Positions 38,072-51,552 of a stretch of 64,000 nucleotides of DNA are shown here, in pieces; the first letter of the stretch is position 1; every line of letters starts with the position of its first letter. The stretch is taken from assembly GCF_964355755.1 (NCBI RefSeq), contig NC_092672.1, forward strand, positions 24,193,237-24,257,236, in the 5' to 3' direction. The notes under the pieces were generated by a model that was not told where the DNA came from, did not search any database, and saw only the letters and a list, made by a program, of their open reading frames with translations. Position numbers and translations under genes: made by a program. The DNA is from Antedon mediterranea. Its lineage: Eukaryota; Animalia; Echinodermata.

Positions 38072-40197
38072 TGTTGAACCCACAAATGTGAAAACGCCCA
38101 CAAATGTGAAAACAACCACAAATGTGAAAACGCATCACCCACAAATGTGAAAACAACCACAAATGTGAAAACGCATCACCCACAAATGTGAAAACAACCA
38201 CAAATGTGAAAACGCATCAACCACAAATGTGAAAACAGCGCCCACAAATGTGAAAACGATCATCGCCCACAAATGTGATAACGCCCACAAATGTAAAAAC
38301 AAGAGAGACTTTTTCGCCCACAAATGTAAAAAAAATCAGATCAAATTTAATGCTAGATTCAGACAAACATTATATCATGATTGTATTGAGTTGTTTGTTC
38401 ACGATACGTCTGTTAGGGTCGTCGTTAACACGTTGGATTATTATAATTTGCTGCTCATGCGCGCGATATTTGCACGTTAACTCGTTTGTTTAATGAACGT
38501 AATAGTTCAAGACAATATTTGTTATTTGCTACGCGCGTGCACCATACTTCAAGGTCAAGGCCATGTTATATCATTGTTGTTTCTACTGTGTGGTTGTTGG
38601 CTTACTATTATGTACGTATAGTTATAAGTCGATGTTCGATATATTTTTTTTGCGCGCACACGATACAACAAGGTCAAGGTTAAATTGCTACTTGTATGTA
38701 GTGTGTGGTTATTAACTCGTTGGCTTACTGTTATGTACGTATAGTTCAGTCGATGCTCGATTCGATGTTTTTGGGCGCGTACACGATACCACAAGGTCAA
38801 GGTCATATATACTATTGCTACTTGTGGTTGTTAACTCGTTGGCTTATTGTTATGTACGTATAGTTCCAAGTCGATGGTCGATTCGATTTTTTTTTGTGCG
38901 CGTGCACGATACTACGAGGTCATATATCATTGCTGCTTGAAGTGCAGTTGGGCTTACTATATTAGTATTATGTACGTATTATAGCTCCAAGTCGATGCTC
39001 GGTGTACACGATACTACAAGATCAATGCTATACTCGTCGTTCAGTTATTGCAGTAGTTCCTAATGTTCAATTTTTTTTACAAAACTATAACCACAAGATA
39101 ATAATACAAGAGCTAGAATTGTAACATAGAATAACACCGTAACACCAATATCCAACCAAACATAATACACGATATGATAGTATCAAACTTGTCACGAACA
39201 TGTATTCTATAAAACATACTATAAAATCTATAACAATTATACTAATGGACAAAACTTCCTACTATACTACTATTTACATTCGTGGTTTAATCTGATGCTT
39301 ATTGTTTAATTTGTATATCTATTTTTAGCGGATAATTATAAAGATATACGGAGAATAATATTACCTATTGAATGCATTAAAATTTAACTGATTTACTATC
39401 AAACGTATATTCGACAATTTAAAGAAATAGAATTAAGTAGCAATAGTATATTATGAACTTGACCTTGTGGTATTGTGTACGCGCACAAAAACATCAAATC
39501 GAGCATCGACTTGAACTATACGTACATAACAGTAAGCCAACGAGTTAATAACCACACACTACATACAAGTAGCAATTTAACCTTGACCTTTTAGTATCGT
39601 GTGCACGCGCAAAAAAACATCGAACATCGACTTATAACTATACGTACATAATAGTAAGCCAACAACCACACAGTAGAAGCAACAATGATATAACATGGCC
39701 TTGACCTTGAAGTATCGTGCACGCGCGCAGCAAATAACAAATATTGTCTTGAACTATTACGTTCATTAAACAAACAAGTTAACGTGCAAATATCGCGTGC
39801 ATGAGCAGCAAATTATAATAATCCAACGCGTTAACCACGACCCTAACAGACGTATCGTGAACAAACATTTATTGAAACAACTCAATACAATCATGATATA
39901 ATGTAGTACCTCGATCAAAATTGTTTGAGTCTAGCATTAAATTTGATCTGATTTTTTTTTTTACATTTGTGGCCGAAAAATTCTCATTTTTTTTTTACAT
40001 TTGTGGGCGTTATCACATTTGTGGGCGATGATCGTTTTCACATTTGTGGGCGCTGTTTATTACATTTGTGGTTGATGCGTTTTCACATTTGTGGTTGTTT
40101 TCACATTTGTGGTTGTTTTCACATTTGTGGGTGATGCGTTTTCACATTTGTGGTTGTTTTCACATTTGTGGGCGTTTTTACATTTGTGGGTTCAACA
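38072..40197. mobile_element. Foldback-type non-autonomous DNA transposon with ~740-bp inverted arms (TGT..ACA, Ginger-like termini)
   Basis: TGTTGAACCC / GGGTTCAACA ends; 5-bp TSD TGGGA (38067-38071, 40198-40202); terminal CCACAAATGTGAAAAC arrays; arms ~38072-38810 and ~39455-40197. Confidence 0.85.
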
Positions 40198-41955
40198 TGG
40201 GATTTATAATTTAATGAATAGAGCACTCAAACAGAGAGAGAGGAAATATTTTTGTTTTTGGTTATGCATTTTGTTTACCTTCAATACCCACATTCTGGGT
40301 TTCTGTAGTACCTTTATCTTTTCAGTTCATATTTTATGCATACAGATTGAGAACCACCAATTCATCATCATTTCCACTTACATTAAAGCAATAATTTGTA
40401 TAGTATGTTTTTATGGTGAACTATTATAATTTTATTTAAAGCAATTTCAGATAAAAGCTATGCATAGAAATCTTTTAAATTGCAATAAATAAACGCATGT
40501 CCTTTTTGTACGACATTTAAAAAAGGCATTATAGTGAACAAAAACTATGATGCCAAGTTGGTGCTCGAGGCAGAAATTTGTTTAAGGATTGTTGTATTTT
40601 CTTGAAAAATCAGTAGATCAGAAATATTTAAAAAGCAATAATTAAAATGAAGTTGCAACAATTTGATTATAATTTATTAGTAGGAATTTACTTAGCCCTA
40701 AACTCATACTTACAGTGAGAGCTCACACATTTCATTTTACATACACATGCACTTGAAAATGACAGTTACACAATGATGACACATATCATCAAAACAAATG
40801 TAAATGTACTTTACATTAATTGTTTCTCCACTTAACTGTTTTCATAGTCACATTATTATCATTTATATGGGACTGTTTTGTACTACAATTCTTTATGCTG
40901 TTATCAAAATGACTTTATACTATACTGCAATATTTACATTGATCATCTGTTCTGGTAAAGTAGACCCTATCATAGAGGCTTACACTATGTATACCAAGGT
41001 CTACTCGCCCTAATTTGGCCAACATTTTCGGCAGTTAGAAATGTATTGGCCACAAAATATTAATTACATTACTCAAAATTTGCGACACCTTAATTCTGTT
41101 CTGCTCATTATAATATTTTTAATTATTTCCACGTCTGTTCATAACTTGCCTCCAAATGTTAAAGATAGTCTAGTTTTTTCCCTTTCTTCATTTATATATT
41201 CACTTAAGAAAAACTTGCCTCAAATACCTCGATCCCGTCTACCCCCTAAAGTGCTCTGTACCTTGTGATTTTTATTATTTATAAAAGACGAAATAAATTA
41301 AATTCATAGATTATAAATAATTACAATATTGTTTATCGTGTGGATGGACGATTGTGTTTATAACCCTTTGATTAACCCCACACCTCATAGGATACATACA
41401 GTACAAAACAATTACGGCCTAGACTCTGCTTCTACAGATCATTTATTCAGACTATTCAGGCCACTGGTTCCTTCTAAGCATGCACAATACAATTGTGTCA
41501 TCGTCTCCATTGAATCCTTTGCTTACAAGTAATCAAAGTGGTGGTGAAGCAGGTTGATTTGACAGGTTTCCATGTTATTTCATTGCCCCTTGCTTATTCT
41601 TAGTAATATTTATTATAGTACCTTAACACAACTTCTGTTACACAAGGCAAACTAGTGCTGGTCTATTGATACTAAAACTAAGAAATCTTCTGACAGACTG
41701 TCACTTAGAGCTGGTTTATATCCATTGTTAATCTAATTTGTTTTAATTCTGAATTGTTTGACTTGGCATAACCATCTGGTATGCAAATAACCATCTGGTA
41801 TGCAAACACAATAATCATTACCTGTACAAATTGTTGTACTTTATTATTAGGAATTTAAAAGAGAAATAAATGTTACCTTTGAGTTTGATTTTTGATAATG
41901 ATAATTATCTATATTATGTGAAATATAATAACCTCTATGTGCCTAATATTTTCAG

Positions 41956-42054
41956 TATAAAAGAACACCTTTGTCTTATGCTGCTGAAGCTGGTCACAGC
42001 AGCACATGTATATGCCTGATCAATGCAGGATCAGACGTGAATATTGCAGACGAG
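41956..42054 (+). CDS. Host-gene exon encoding one ankyrin repeat (YKRTPLSYAAEAGHSSTCICLINAGSDVNIADE)
   Basis: Exactly 99 nt, phase 0-0, acceptor ttttCAG and donor GAG|GTAAGT. Matches the ankyrin consensus TPLxxAAxxGH...L.xxGaDVN. Confidence 0.93.
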
Positions 42055-44354
42055 GTAAGTCATGCAAACTTGTATTTAAGTGTCTCAAGTAATTGTATGA
42101 TTTTAACAAAATATTTAAACTTTTTTTTTCCAATTTAAAAAGTCTAGATTAATTTTTTCATAAAATCTATAAATTGGAGTAATAAAGATTTTGTCTGATT
42201 TAATGTTGTAATTATAGATACAAAATCTTCACTCATCTTAAACCTTACATTATTTTAATGATTTACATTAATACATACAACAAATACAATACATTAGTTT
42301 ACAATTTTTAATGACAGGTTTGCCAAATATAATTGTGGCACATTTCAACAAATTACAGCATATAATTACTGTAGATAAAACCTGTTTAAATTACATTTGC
42401 TCATAAGAGCATTATCGTTCTTCGGAATGTGCCTTGAAAGCTTGGTCTTTGCTCTATCATCCTACTGTACTCCATTGCTTGTAGTATAATATCCCACTAC
42501 CCGGTCTGTGTTAAATATAAAGGCATCCATGTCTAATTCATATTATATTTACCTGTTTCAAATGAAAAAATGATTAGCTAGATTGTTTTAAATTTAAAGA
42601 AATGCAGAGAATAATTTGCAAGCATATAATTATATTTGAACATAATGAACAACTATCTAAAAGGTAGTCTTCTTTATTGTACCTTTTTAATATCCATGTG
42701 GGTAAAGTACATTGAAAGAATCCTTTCTCACTTCTCATCTCTTGTGCTGGGATACATATGTTATTTGTTTTATTCTTTGACTTGATTTATATTATCTTTC
42801 ATTTATATGTAATTGTGAAACATTCTAAGCATGCCATTATTTGAAAATATTTTCTTATCTTATTTTATGCAATGTTATTATATTCTTCAATTTTCAACAA
42901 CAGCTAGCTATTTAAAAAGAAAGAAAGTTGATTGAATATAATTGTACGTAAATTTTTCAGAAAATTCAGTCGATGATCACTGTTAAAAAAAAAATATACA
43001 ATAAGAAATATTTAATGCAGTATTTAAAATGAATTAATGAAAACAATTATGCATTTCTTCAATGACCGCAAATGGTAACTGGCTGCAGGCCTTTTAATTT
43101 ATTTCAAAGTCAGGTTTTTCAAAATTTACCCAACTTTGTCAATAAAATGATCCAATATTGGGAAATAAGTAAATAATATTCTAATTTTAGCTATTAATTA
43201 TGTGAAAATCATTAAATTTGAGACCTCTAATCAGTCTCATACTTAGTAACTTTATTAAAACTAAAGACAAGTTTGACATGATGATTTTTTTGTCGCGAGA
43301 GAATAACGGTGTATTACTATCAGCAATTTAAAAAAAAAAATAATGTTCCTCAAATTTTCTAGACTATAAAACATGTCCTACTATAACAATTTGTCATGAT
43401 CCATTTTAAATTTGAGTGCTAAATAAAACTTGTCTGCTAAATCTAAAACTTAGTTTTCTTCATCTTTCTGATTTGACAGTAAAACAAATGTAATTTCATT
43501 GCAAACCCTTGTTTATATCACCATGGTTAAGGACAGTTTTAAAGAAAACTGAATAGGCCAAATTTGTTTCGTTACGTTTCATGTCCAGGATTAGAATTTT
43601 TTATTTTTTATTTGAGAAATATGTGAAAGATGGTCTTACAGTTCAGTTGTGTTTACATACCTTAGAGTGCGTAATAAATGCTTCATTTTTATTTTTTTTA
43701 TTACCATTAAAATACACAATGTAGCTAATAGATTAAAAAGCCATCCATCTCCAAAATTTGATTATAAAGGAAATGTGAACTATTACATTTTCTTTTTATT
43801 TATTTTATCTTTCATATATGTTATTACTCTATGATTTATATATACTACAGCTTGTGTATCTCTCAGTGTTCTTTCTTCTTTTTTTTAATTAAAAAATGCC
43901 CTTTTGCAGCAATGTCAAATGACCAAAGCTAAATATAATTGTCAAAAATAATGTACTATATGTACTGTAATTATTATTTACAAACTTTCTTATTTACAAA
44001 TGGCGGTCATCACTAAGTTTGTTTACACTTGATATACTTACTTTCTGCAATGTAAATTATAATATTTAAAGTACTACAGTATGTTATTTCAAAATTACAT
44101 GGAACAATAAAGTTATTGATTAATAATTAATACTCCTCACACTTTTTTTAATTTTATTAATCAGATACTGTAATTTAATAATTTTGATAATGTGCCAAAT
44201 TGTTAAGTTAAATTGCGAAGTGTATATGGTCATTATTACAGTTATGATCATACTTCAGTTGAATATAATTTCCATTAAACAAAGAGAAGGAGCACAATAC
44301 ATTCAATTGCTTTCTTTAACTTACCAGTATCAGTTAATTCATTGCAATTATATC

Positions 44355-47300
44355 CAGGGCCTAATCCAAAACTTGTCACATCATAAATTTTTTAATTTTT
44401 CATTGGTTAAATTCTGTCCCGCCACCTTTCAGATACTATATATTGTTGTTATTACTATACCCTTAGATCATTTTTTATGAAACTTTGCCTAAATTTGAAT
44501 TATAAGGTATTTATATTGACTATGTATTTAGATTTAATAAATAAAATATAAATATTTTTTAATTAGCCTTTAATTAGTTTTCCGTCACGCCACTTGTTCA
44601 GATTCCGTCCCGCCACTTGTTTAAATTCTGTCCTTACTAATCTAGGTAAAAATTAAAATTCATTCATACTTTCAGTCTGTTTGGTCTCTAATTGTTCATT
44701 AATATTGATTAATGGTAGTTCTAAATTAGTCCTGCTGCAAATAGAATCATTACCTTATAAATTCTCACCTTTATTTATAAAAAATAACTTTTTATTAATA
44801 TGAATTATTCATGAGTTTGTAGCAAAAGGTACAATAAAATCGAATGCGATTCTATTTAGCTTTAGAATATACGCAGCTTTTTTTGTTCTTTAATTGTAGA
44901 ATTTCTATTTAAACACAATACACAAAAAATTGATGATTTTATCTATATTTAAATATAAAAAAACACATTGGTTTATGAAATTGCCACACTTGAGTGGACA
45001 CAAGACTTGATTGGTTAAAAGTTTGTCCAATCCTATAGCAATACTTTTAACCAATCGAGTAAGCAGTTTTGTTGGTGGGAAATCTGAATGAGTTAACCAA
45101 CAGTGGAATTGCAGAATGTTGTGATTTCTGTTTTCTTTGGCATACTCTACTGCTGGCTGGTATTTTCTAAAATCATAAATTTGTTAAATGGAATTCAACA
45201 TGGAAAAAAGTAAATCTAAATATCAACGGTACCGTGAAAACCAAAAGAAAAAGTTGGGTGAAGAGGTGCGATGCGATGCGAAAGAGGGACAAAAGACAAA
45301 AAATCAAGAATGATGCAGCAAAATTGGAAGCATATAGAAAGAAAGACAGAGAAAGGAAGAGGAATAAAGCCCAAGAAAGGAAAGCACTATCATCACCACA
45401 GGACACAGCAGACAAAGAAACCTCCTTTGTCAACCGCCAAGCAATGTCGAGAGCATTAAATAAAGCCTCAGAGGCTTTGCTGCACAGATTGTTGGAAACT
45501 TTACTCCAAACTCCAAAGAGAAATTGATCGATCGTATAAAATCACCAAAGCTAGTTGGTGTGAGAGGTAGGTTTCACTTTCATGTTTTAATAAAAAATGT
45601 TCAGAATTTAAACTAATAAAACTGAACTGGTTTTACACGATTATTGAATGAATTTTACTTAAATATAGTGTCTGAAATGTAGCAAATTACATTTCAATGT
45701 ATTATTTTAATATATTAATAAATTATTTGTTTAGACCATAAGGTAGGGAACACAAAGGAGGGGGGGGGGGGGTTAGGATTTTTGTCGTTGTTTGGGGATG
45801 TAATAAGGAGTATTTGTTAATGCAAAACTAGCATTATGTTATTTGTAAATTAATTTAGTTCAGTGTCAGTTAGAGAGCACATAGGCCTATACACATTTAT
45901 TGTTTGTTTATTTTTATTATAAACATTATTAACCATATGGGAGATGGGGTAATCTCATATGTATGTAATAAGGACATTTGTATTTGAAAAAAGCATGTTT
46001 AATTTACAAACAATTGACAAATGATCATCCTTTATAATGTGTACAATAGTGCTTATTTGAAATCCAGAAGCTGTATAAAAATATACTACAATAATAATGT
46101 AATTTCTTTCTTTATAGGTGGCCGACCTACATATTCCGACTGGGAGACTGAATGGATCACACAATTTTTGAAGAGGGCAAACATTTCTTACACATGCCCC
46201 AGAAGAGGAGATAGTGTTTACATTGGTAAAGATGACAATCACAACAGTCTCTATCACCCAAGACACTACTGCTTTGGACTGTAAAAGAAATTGTGGGCTT
46301 GATAAATTCTGAAAATGATGATATGAAGGCTTCATATGGATCACTCTACAGGAAGAAGAAGAAGTATATTTTCTTTAAAGATTATATGCCCGAGAACTCA
46401 TGTGCATGTGAATACTGCGAGAATTTAAGCATGCTGCTGGAGATGGTAAAAAGGAACAAAGCTGACATTCCTCATGATATCAAGGATTTCATATCAATGT
46501 CTATGTGTGACCAATTAAGGAAGAGCTGTGCTTATGGTGAGTGCTTGAATTGTTCAGATGGAAATGAGTACATCAACCGAGTGGTTCAAGATCTTCAGGG
46601 CTTAGAGACTGCAGTTTCTTATTTTCAGTGGAAGACTGATCCATCAACACAGTATGCTATCAAGAAGTAAGTAACAGAAAGTGGGGCTGATGCAGCAACA
46701 GAATTATTTAAGCAATATAAACACTACAAGATACACAACTACAATAATATCAGGCAACATAGAGAGTTAATTGAGTTATTAAAGAAAAGAATTGCCAACA
46801 CTCATGAAGTTATAATTCAAGTTGATTTCAGTATGAATTATGATAATAAACAGAGAAATGATGTCCAAAAGGCATTTTTTGGACATGAACGTTTTAACAT
46901 CTTCACAGCCTGTATTTGGTACAGTGAGTCTGGAGAGGTTAAGTGCCAATCAGCATGTATTGTATCCAACAGGGCCAGGCATGACAAAGTACTTGCATAC
47001 ATTTGTTGCAAAGATTTAATTAAGTTAGCTCGTAAAATTGTTCCTCAAACCAATGCAGTTCATTTTTGGTCAGATGGGTGTGGGGGCCAATTTAAAAGCA
47101 AATATTGTTTTTATTTAATTGCCTGTCTTTACCCCCATTAAAATTACATGGAGTTATTTTGAGTCCCATCATGGGAAGGGGCCAGTTGACCGGATTGGCG
47201 GAATTTTAAAGACTTCTGTCTATTCAGATGTTCGAACAGGAAACGTTATTATCACAAGTGCAAAAGAATTCACCAGTTATGGCAGTACAAGAATGAAACA

Positions 47301-48162
47301 TATCCATATTCCATACTTGGACAATGAAGATGTGGAAGACCAAAAGCCCGATTTTCTAAACTTCTTAGTTTTTGACATACATGGGACACACCAAGTCCAC
47401 TTTGTTGAAAGATGTGGCAAGAAATTAAATTTCTATCACAACAGCCATTTTTCTGGTACTTGGGAAGATGATAAAACACCATTCAAACAGAAAGAGTATG
47501 GAAGTAATGTGGAGGTTGATGTACCGGCACCGATAAAGTACAAAGTTGATGACTGGGTTTTAGTTAATTATGAGAAAAATCAATACCCAGGTTTAGTAAA
47601 AAAAATAATTGATGATAACTTTGAAGTTAGTTGCTTGGAATCCTATGGTCCATCCCAATGGAGATGGCCAGACAAACCTGATATCATTTGGTATAAATCT
47701 AATCAGATATGTAGACAACTTGATGTACCAGAGCAGGTAATCACTGCCAGTAGATGTCTGTTAAAATTCCGTCCCGCCACTTTCCGTCCTGCCACTAGAG
47801 CAAATATTTTTAATTGAATTTTTCAAATTTAATTCAATTGGTTGATTGTTCTAATTTTGCTTACCAAGTGTAAGTATATGTTGTTCATTATGATGTTATA
47901 CTGAAATTTAACTTTATAGCCATTTAAACTTTTTTGTATAATTTTGTTGAATATGTTCATTCCGTCCCGCCACCGAAACATTTTATGTTGCCATGACAAC
48001 AGAGAGGCGGTGCATCATCAAACTAATTTTGCAAAATGTAGTACCTGTTATTAACTTGCCTGAGGCAAAATATTCACTCTCTGTGATTGGTATATAATAA
48101 ATAATAAGTAGTATTGTATTTTCCGTCCCGCCACCGGCAGGGGGGTTTTGGATTAGGCCCTC
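44355..48162 (+). mobile_element. Sola2 DNA transposon, near full-length, decayed
   Basis: TIR (C/G)AGGGCCTAATCCAAAAC / GTTTTGGATTAGGCCCTC, an internal transposase, and seven TTCCGTCCCGCCAC motifs. TSD is not clean. Confidence 0.82.
45188..47817 (+). pseudogene. Sola2-type DDD transposase, two exons (intron ~45568-46118), with frameshifts and stops
   Basis: CACEYCEN, CAYGECLNC, YFQW, VDFSMNY...VQKAFF, HDK, WSDGCGGQFK, WSYFESHHGKGPVDRIGG and a C-terminal WVLVNY..YPG..WRWP..D domain. Confidence 0.85.
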
Positions 48163-48551
48163 CTACATTAAATATCATTGCAATTATTATACTACTATAT
48201 AATTTGAATTCAAGCAAATTATTTAGTTAGACAGGGGTAATAATGTCAGCTGCATTACATCAAATCAACAAATGTTAATACAATCACACTGCTAGAAACA
48301 ATGGTCAATCCAATTAATTGTGGTCCCAATATGTCCCTCATAAAGAATAGAAAAATAATAATAATAATGATAAATAAATCACAAATAACTTTAAAATCAT
48401 AGCACATGGGCGGTACTCACCAATTTTCATATTTGTTGCTCAAAAACCAAAATGTAAAACCACTAATACTAGAGAATTTATTTACAGACTTATGGCAAAA
48501 TCAGCATTGCATTAAACTATCACATGGAAGTTTTCAAATATTATATACTAT

Positions 48552-49183
48552 GGCCCTGTTTCTGCTGCCAAGAATATACACACTGTATATGGTATATTTT
48601 ATATGGTATTTTTTGTGGCAGCAGAAATTGGTCTCATAAAAAATATACTGTATAAACATGGAGCTATAAAATTAGTTTTTATAGCTCCATGGTATAAATA
48701 TACCGCATCGATATCGTTATCTCTGATATTTTATCATATATTTCTTGCACCTTTCTGCTGCCTTATGAATATACCATCTATATTGTTCACCCATAACACA
48801 AGGTTTGTTAAACATACCCTACTTAGAACAATTACTAAAATGTCACAGTGGACTGAATATGTTAAGATATTTGCTCTATTTAAATGTGATAGAACCGAGG
48901 TTTCAGGGTAATAACTGGAGATGTGGAGTTTGGTTATCGTCAAAACAAGTGAACAGTAAGCAGTAAAAAACAGCAAACTGACCATGAAAAATGACTGCAA
49001 GTTGGGTACACACAGGGTTTTCCGGACCCATAGGGGATTTTGAGGGATCGAACCATAGCTATCTATTCCTCAATCCATACAATCTCACAAAGTAGTTTTC
49101 AAAAGGAACGGGTCACCGAATTATAATTCTAATATATTATTACGGTATGTTTATGCCGTACATATTGTAGCAGAAACAGGGCC
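48552..49183. mobile_element. MITE with GG..CC termini (Harbinger-like)
   Basis: TIR GGCCCTGTTTCTGCT / AGCAGAAACAGGGCC, 3-bp direct flank TAT, internal palindrome CATGGAGCTATAAAA..TTTTATAGCTCCATG. Confidence 0.7.
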
Positions 49184-49196
49184 TATCTTACATTAA

Positions 49197-50241
49197 CACT
49201 TTGACTGCCAGAGGTTTTTCCAGTTAGAAACTGCCACCGCCAGCGTTTATAGACCAATTCGATGTTTTTATCAAAGCTGATTGAAACTATGTATGTGATC
49301 TGATTTACATGTAATTTAGACTAAAATAATCAAAAAGATTTTAGCTTTACAATGGTACCAAGAACGATTTTCAAATCGCAATATGTAAATCGTAATAGTA
49401 AAATGAAAGTAACCCACTTTTTGAGTTTTTCGTAGTTTTGCGCAAGAAAGTCGAGATATACGCGATTTTGTGCAAGACATCACAATATGAAAATATCGCC
49501 CGGTGAGATCAACAAACAACGAAAAATTACTTACACGGCACCGGTAGGCCTATAAAAACAAGTTATCACTATCGAAAAATGTATTATATTTTATAAATCA
49601 TAAATCTTACATCAATGTTTCGCCAAAATCCACATAGTAAAGACACCAGGCCTAGTTAACTAGGCCTAAAGTTGGTCCAGAACTGTTTTACGACTAGGCC
49701 TAGGCTATAGCCTAGTACTACTACTAGCCTAGCTAGTAAAATGATGATAATATTCATACCATGTCTAAACAAGTTTGTTGCGTGAAACTCGGCCACTCAC
49801 AGTGAAGCACCAAAACAATTAGGGTATACATACAATAATAAAATTAAAGACTTCATATTGAAAATTCATCCATTATTTTTTATTCAGATAACAAACAAAC
49901 ATTCCAATCCACATAAACCTTTGTAATGCTTCGGCGGCATAGCTAGCGCGCGACCGATACACAATGCGCCAAACCATCGCTGTACGCGCTACTGTGATGC
50001 GTGGTGTATGTTATTTCTACAGGTACCATTTTGACAATCGTTCGTAACCAGATTAGTTACTTTCAAAAAGTTATCTATTCACGGTCCAGACCGAATATAG
50101 TGTCCATATTTATAGTATATACCAATAATTAACCTATCTACCGGATTTCGTAAAAAAACGCGAAAAACGAAGATCTTCGTGTTTGGCAGTCAAGCGTTGT
50201 GTTTCCAAAAACGAAGATCTTCGTGTTTGGCACTCAAAGTG
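49197..50241. mobile_element. piggyBac-type MITE
   Basis: TTAA TSD (49193-49196, 50242-50245); TIR CACTTTGACTGCCA / TGGCACTCAAAGTG; duplicated subterminal AAAACGAAGATCTTCGTGTTTGGCA. Confidence 0.88.
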
Positions 50242-51329
50242 TTAATGGCTCATTGGGATGACTAAAGGTTGGTATTAATAGTAATACCTAAGGGTAGACT
50301 CACAGCGTCAGGTTTGTTATCCAACACAAGGTAATCCGTGTCGATAAAAGTCAAGGTGTTTAGACACAACGATCGACATTCCAATGCCCACATTTAAAAC
50401 ACTCTGATTAGGTCTAAGCAGATAGAACTATGCATACATTGATGACAAACACATGATGGTTTACATTGTAAAGTTATAAATTTTATATTCATATAATGTT
50501 ACCATCAAAATATATTGATTTATACTACTCTTACTACTTACCACTTGCAGAATTGCAATCTTGCTGTACAGGTATGCTGTTGGCCTGCTAATTGTGGTCG
50601 TGTCTTTTCATTTGTTAAAGTTAAAATCACTGGATTATCCTTATTAAATCTACCCTCTCCTGCTAGGGTTATTAACGCCACTGGTGAGGCGTAACAGCTT
50701 CCTAACGCTAATCTGCAGCTTAGTTCACATACAAAAATATGTACACTGCTTACATAACGCCACTGTGAGTCTGAACATACCATGAGACACTGAACAGTAC
50801 TATGTTTAAAAATAAAGGTGATTAATCAAAGACTCCAGCTGATATTACTCCTCCACATAAAACTCCTAGAAAGTAGGAAGCCTTTTGTCCTCTTCCCTGA
50901 CTGACTGAGCAGATATATATGATCTCTCCATTAATAATTTATATTGTAAACCTTATTATGTAAACAGAAATATCAATGAAAATTCTTCTTCACTAAAAAG
51001 TTTTTTAAAGATATGCTACATTATTAGCAATTTATACCTAAATCCAGCCCTCAGTCTTAACCCTTTCCCAACATGCAATTCGTTTTATGAGGAGATTCAC
51101 TACATTATTAGCAAATTACCCCCTAAATCCACCCTTTTTGAACATGGCTGTTGAAAAGGTGTGTCATCCAATGGAATAGTTTTATTGCCAGTATTGTATG
51201 TCTGTGGATTTTCCATCTGAATTGACATAGCAGCAATCAATCATTTAATTAAGAAACCTTTGATATCAACAAACATATAAGCCAGTTTCGAAGTTACCTA
51301 CTTCTATTCTAGTTGTAGTTAAATTGTTT

Positions 51330-51552
51330 CTACTGAATAATAATTTAAACGAAGCACAATCGGCCTATAAAATTAGAAGTAAAAAAAAACTAGAGGTGCC
51401 ATTTATTATGAATTTCATGTGCGAGAGCATTTCCGGCCATCTAGAGGTGTCATTTAACAAAATTTGCTTTAAATCCCGCTCCCTTTTCAGATCCTGGCTA
51501 AGGCCCTGGACATTTGGGCAATCCCCTTAAGATAGTCCTGCTACCGCCCCTG
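51330..51552 (+). repeat. Dispersed repeat, probable hAT-MITE right end
   Basis: 51395-51470 resembles 14448-14526; ends in CTACCGCCCCTG. Confidence 0.55.

Noticed and set aside
37920-40429. ORFs with PTNVKT / FSHLW repeats
   Set aside because: Translation of the terminal tandem repeats of the foldback element.
44339-48187. TCATTGCAATTA on both sides of the Sola2 element as a TSD
   Set aside because: It does not abut the TIRs (offset 4 and 13 bp). More likely a pre-existing local repeat.
50538-50790. Minus-strand exon candidate / 81-aa ORF ending at a GTAAG donor
   Set aside because: Weak acceptor, no recognisable domain and no partner exons.
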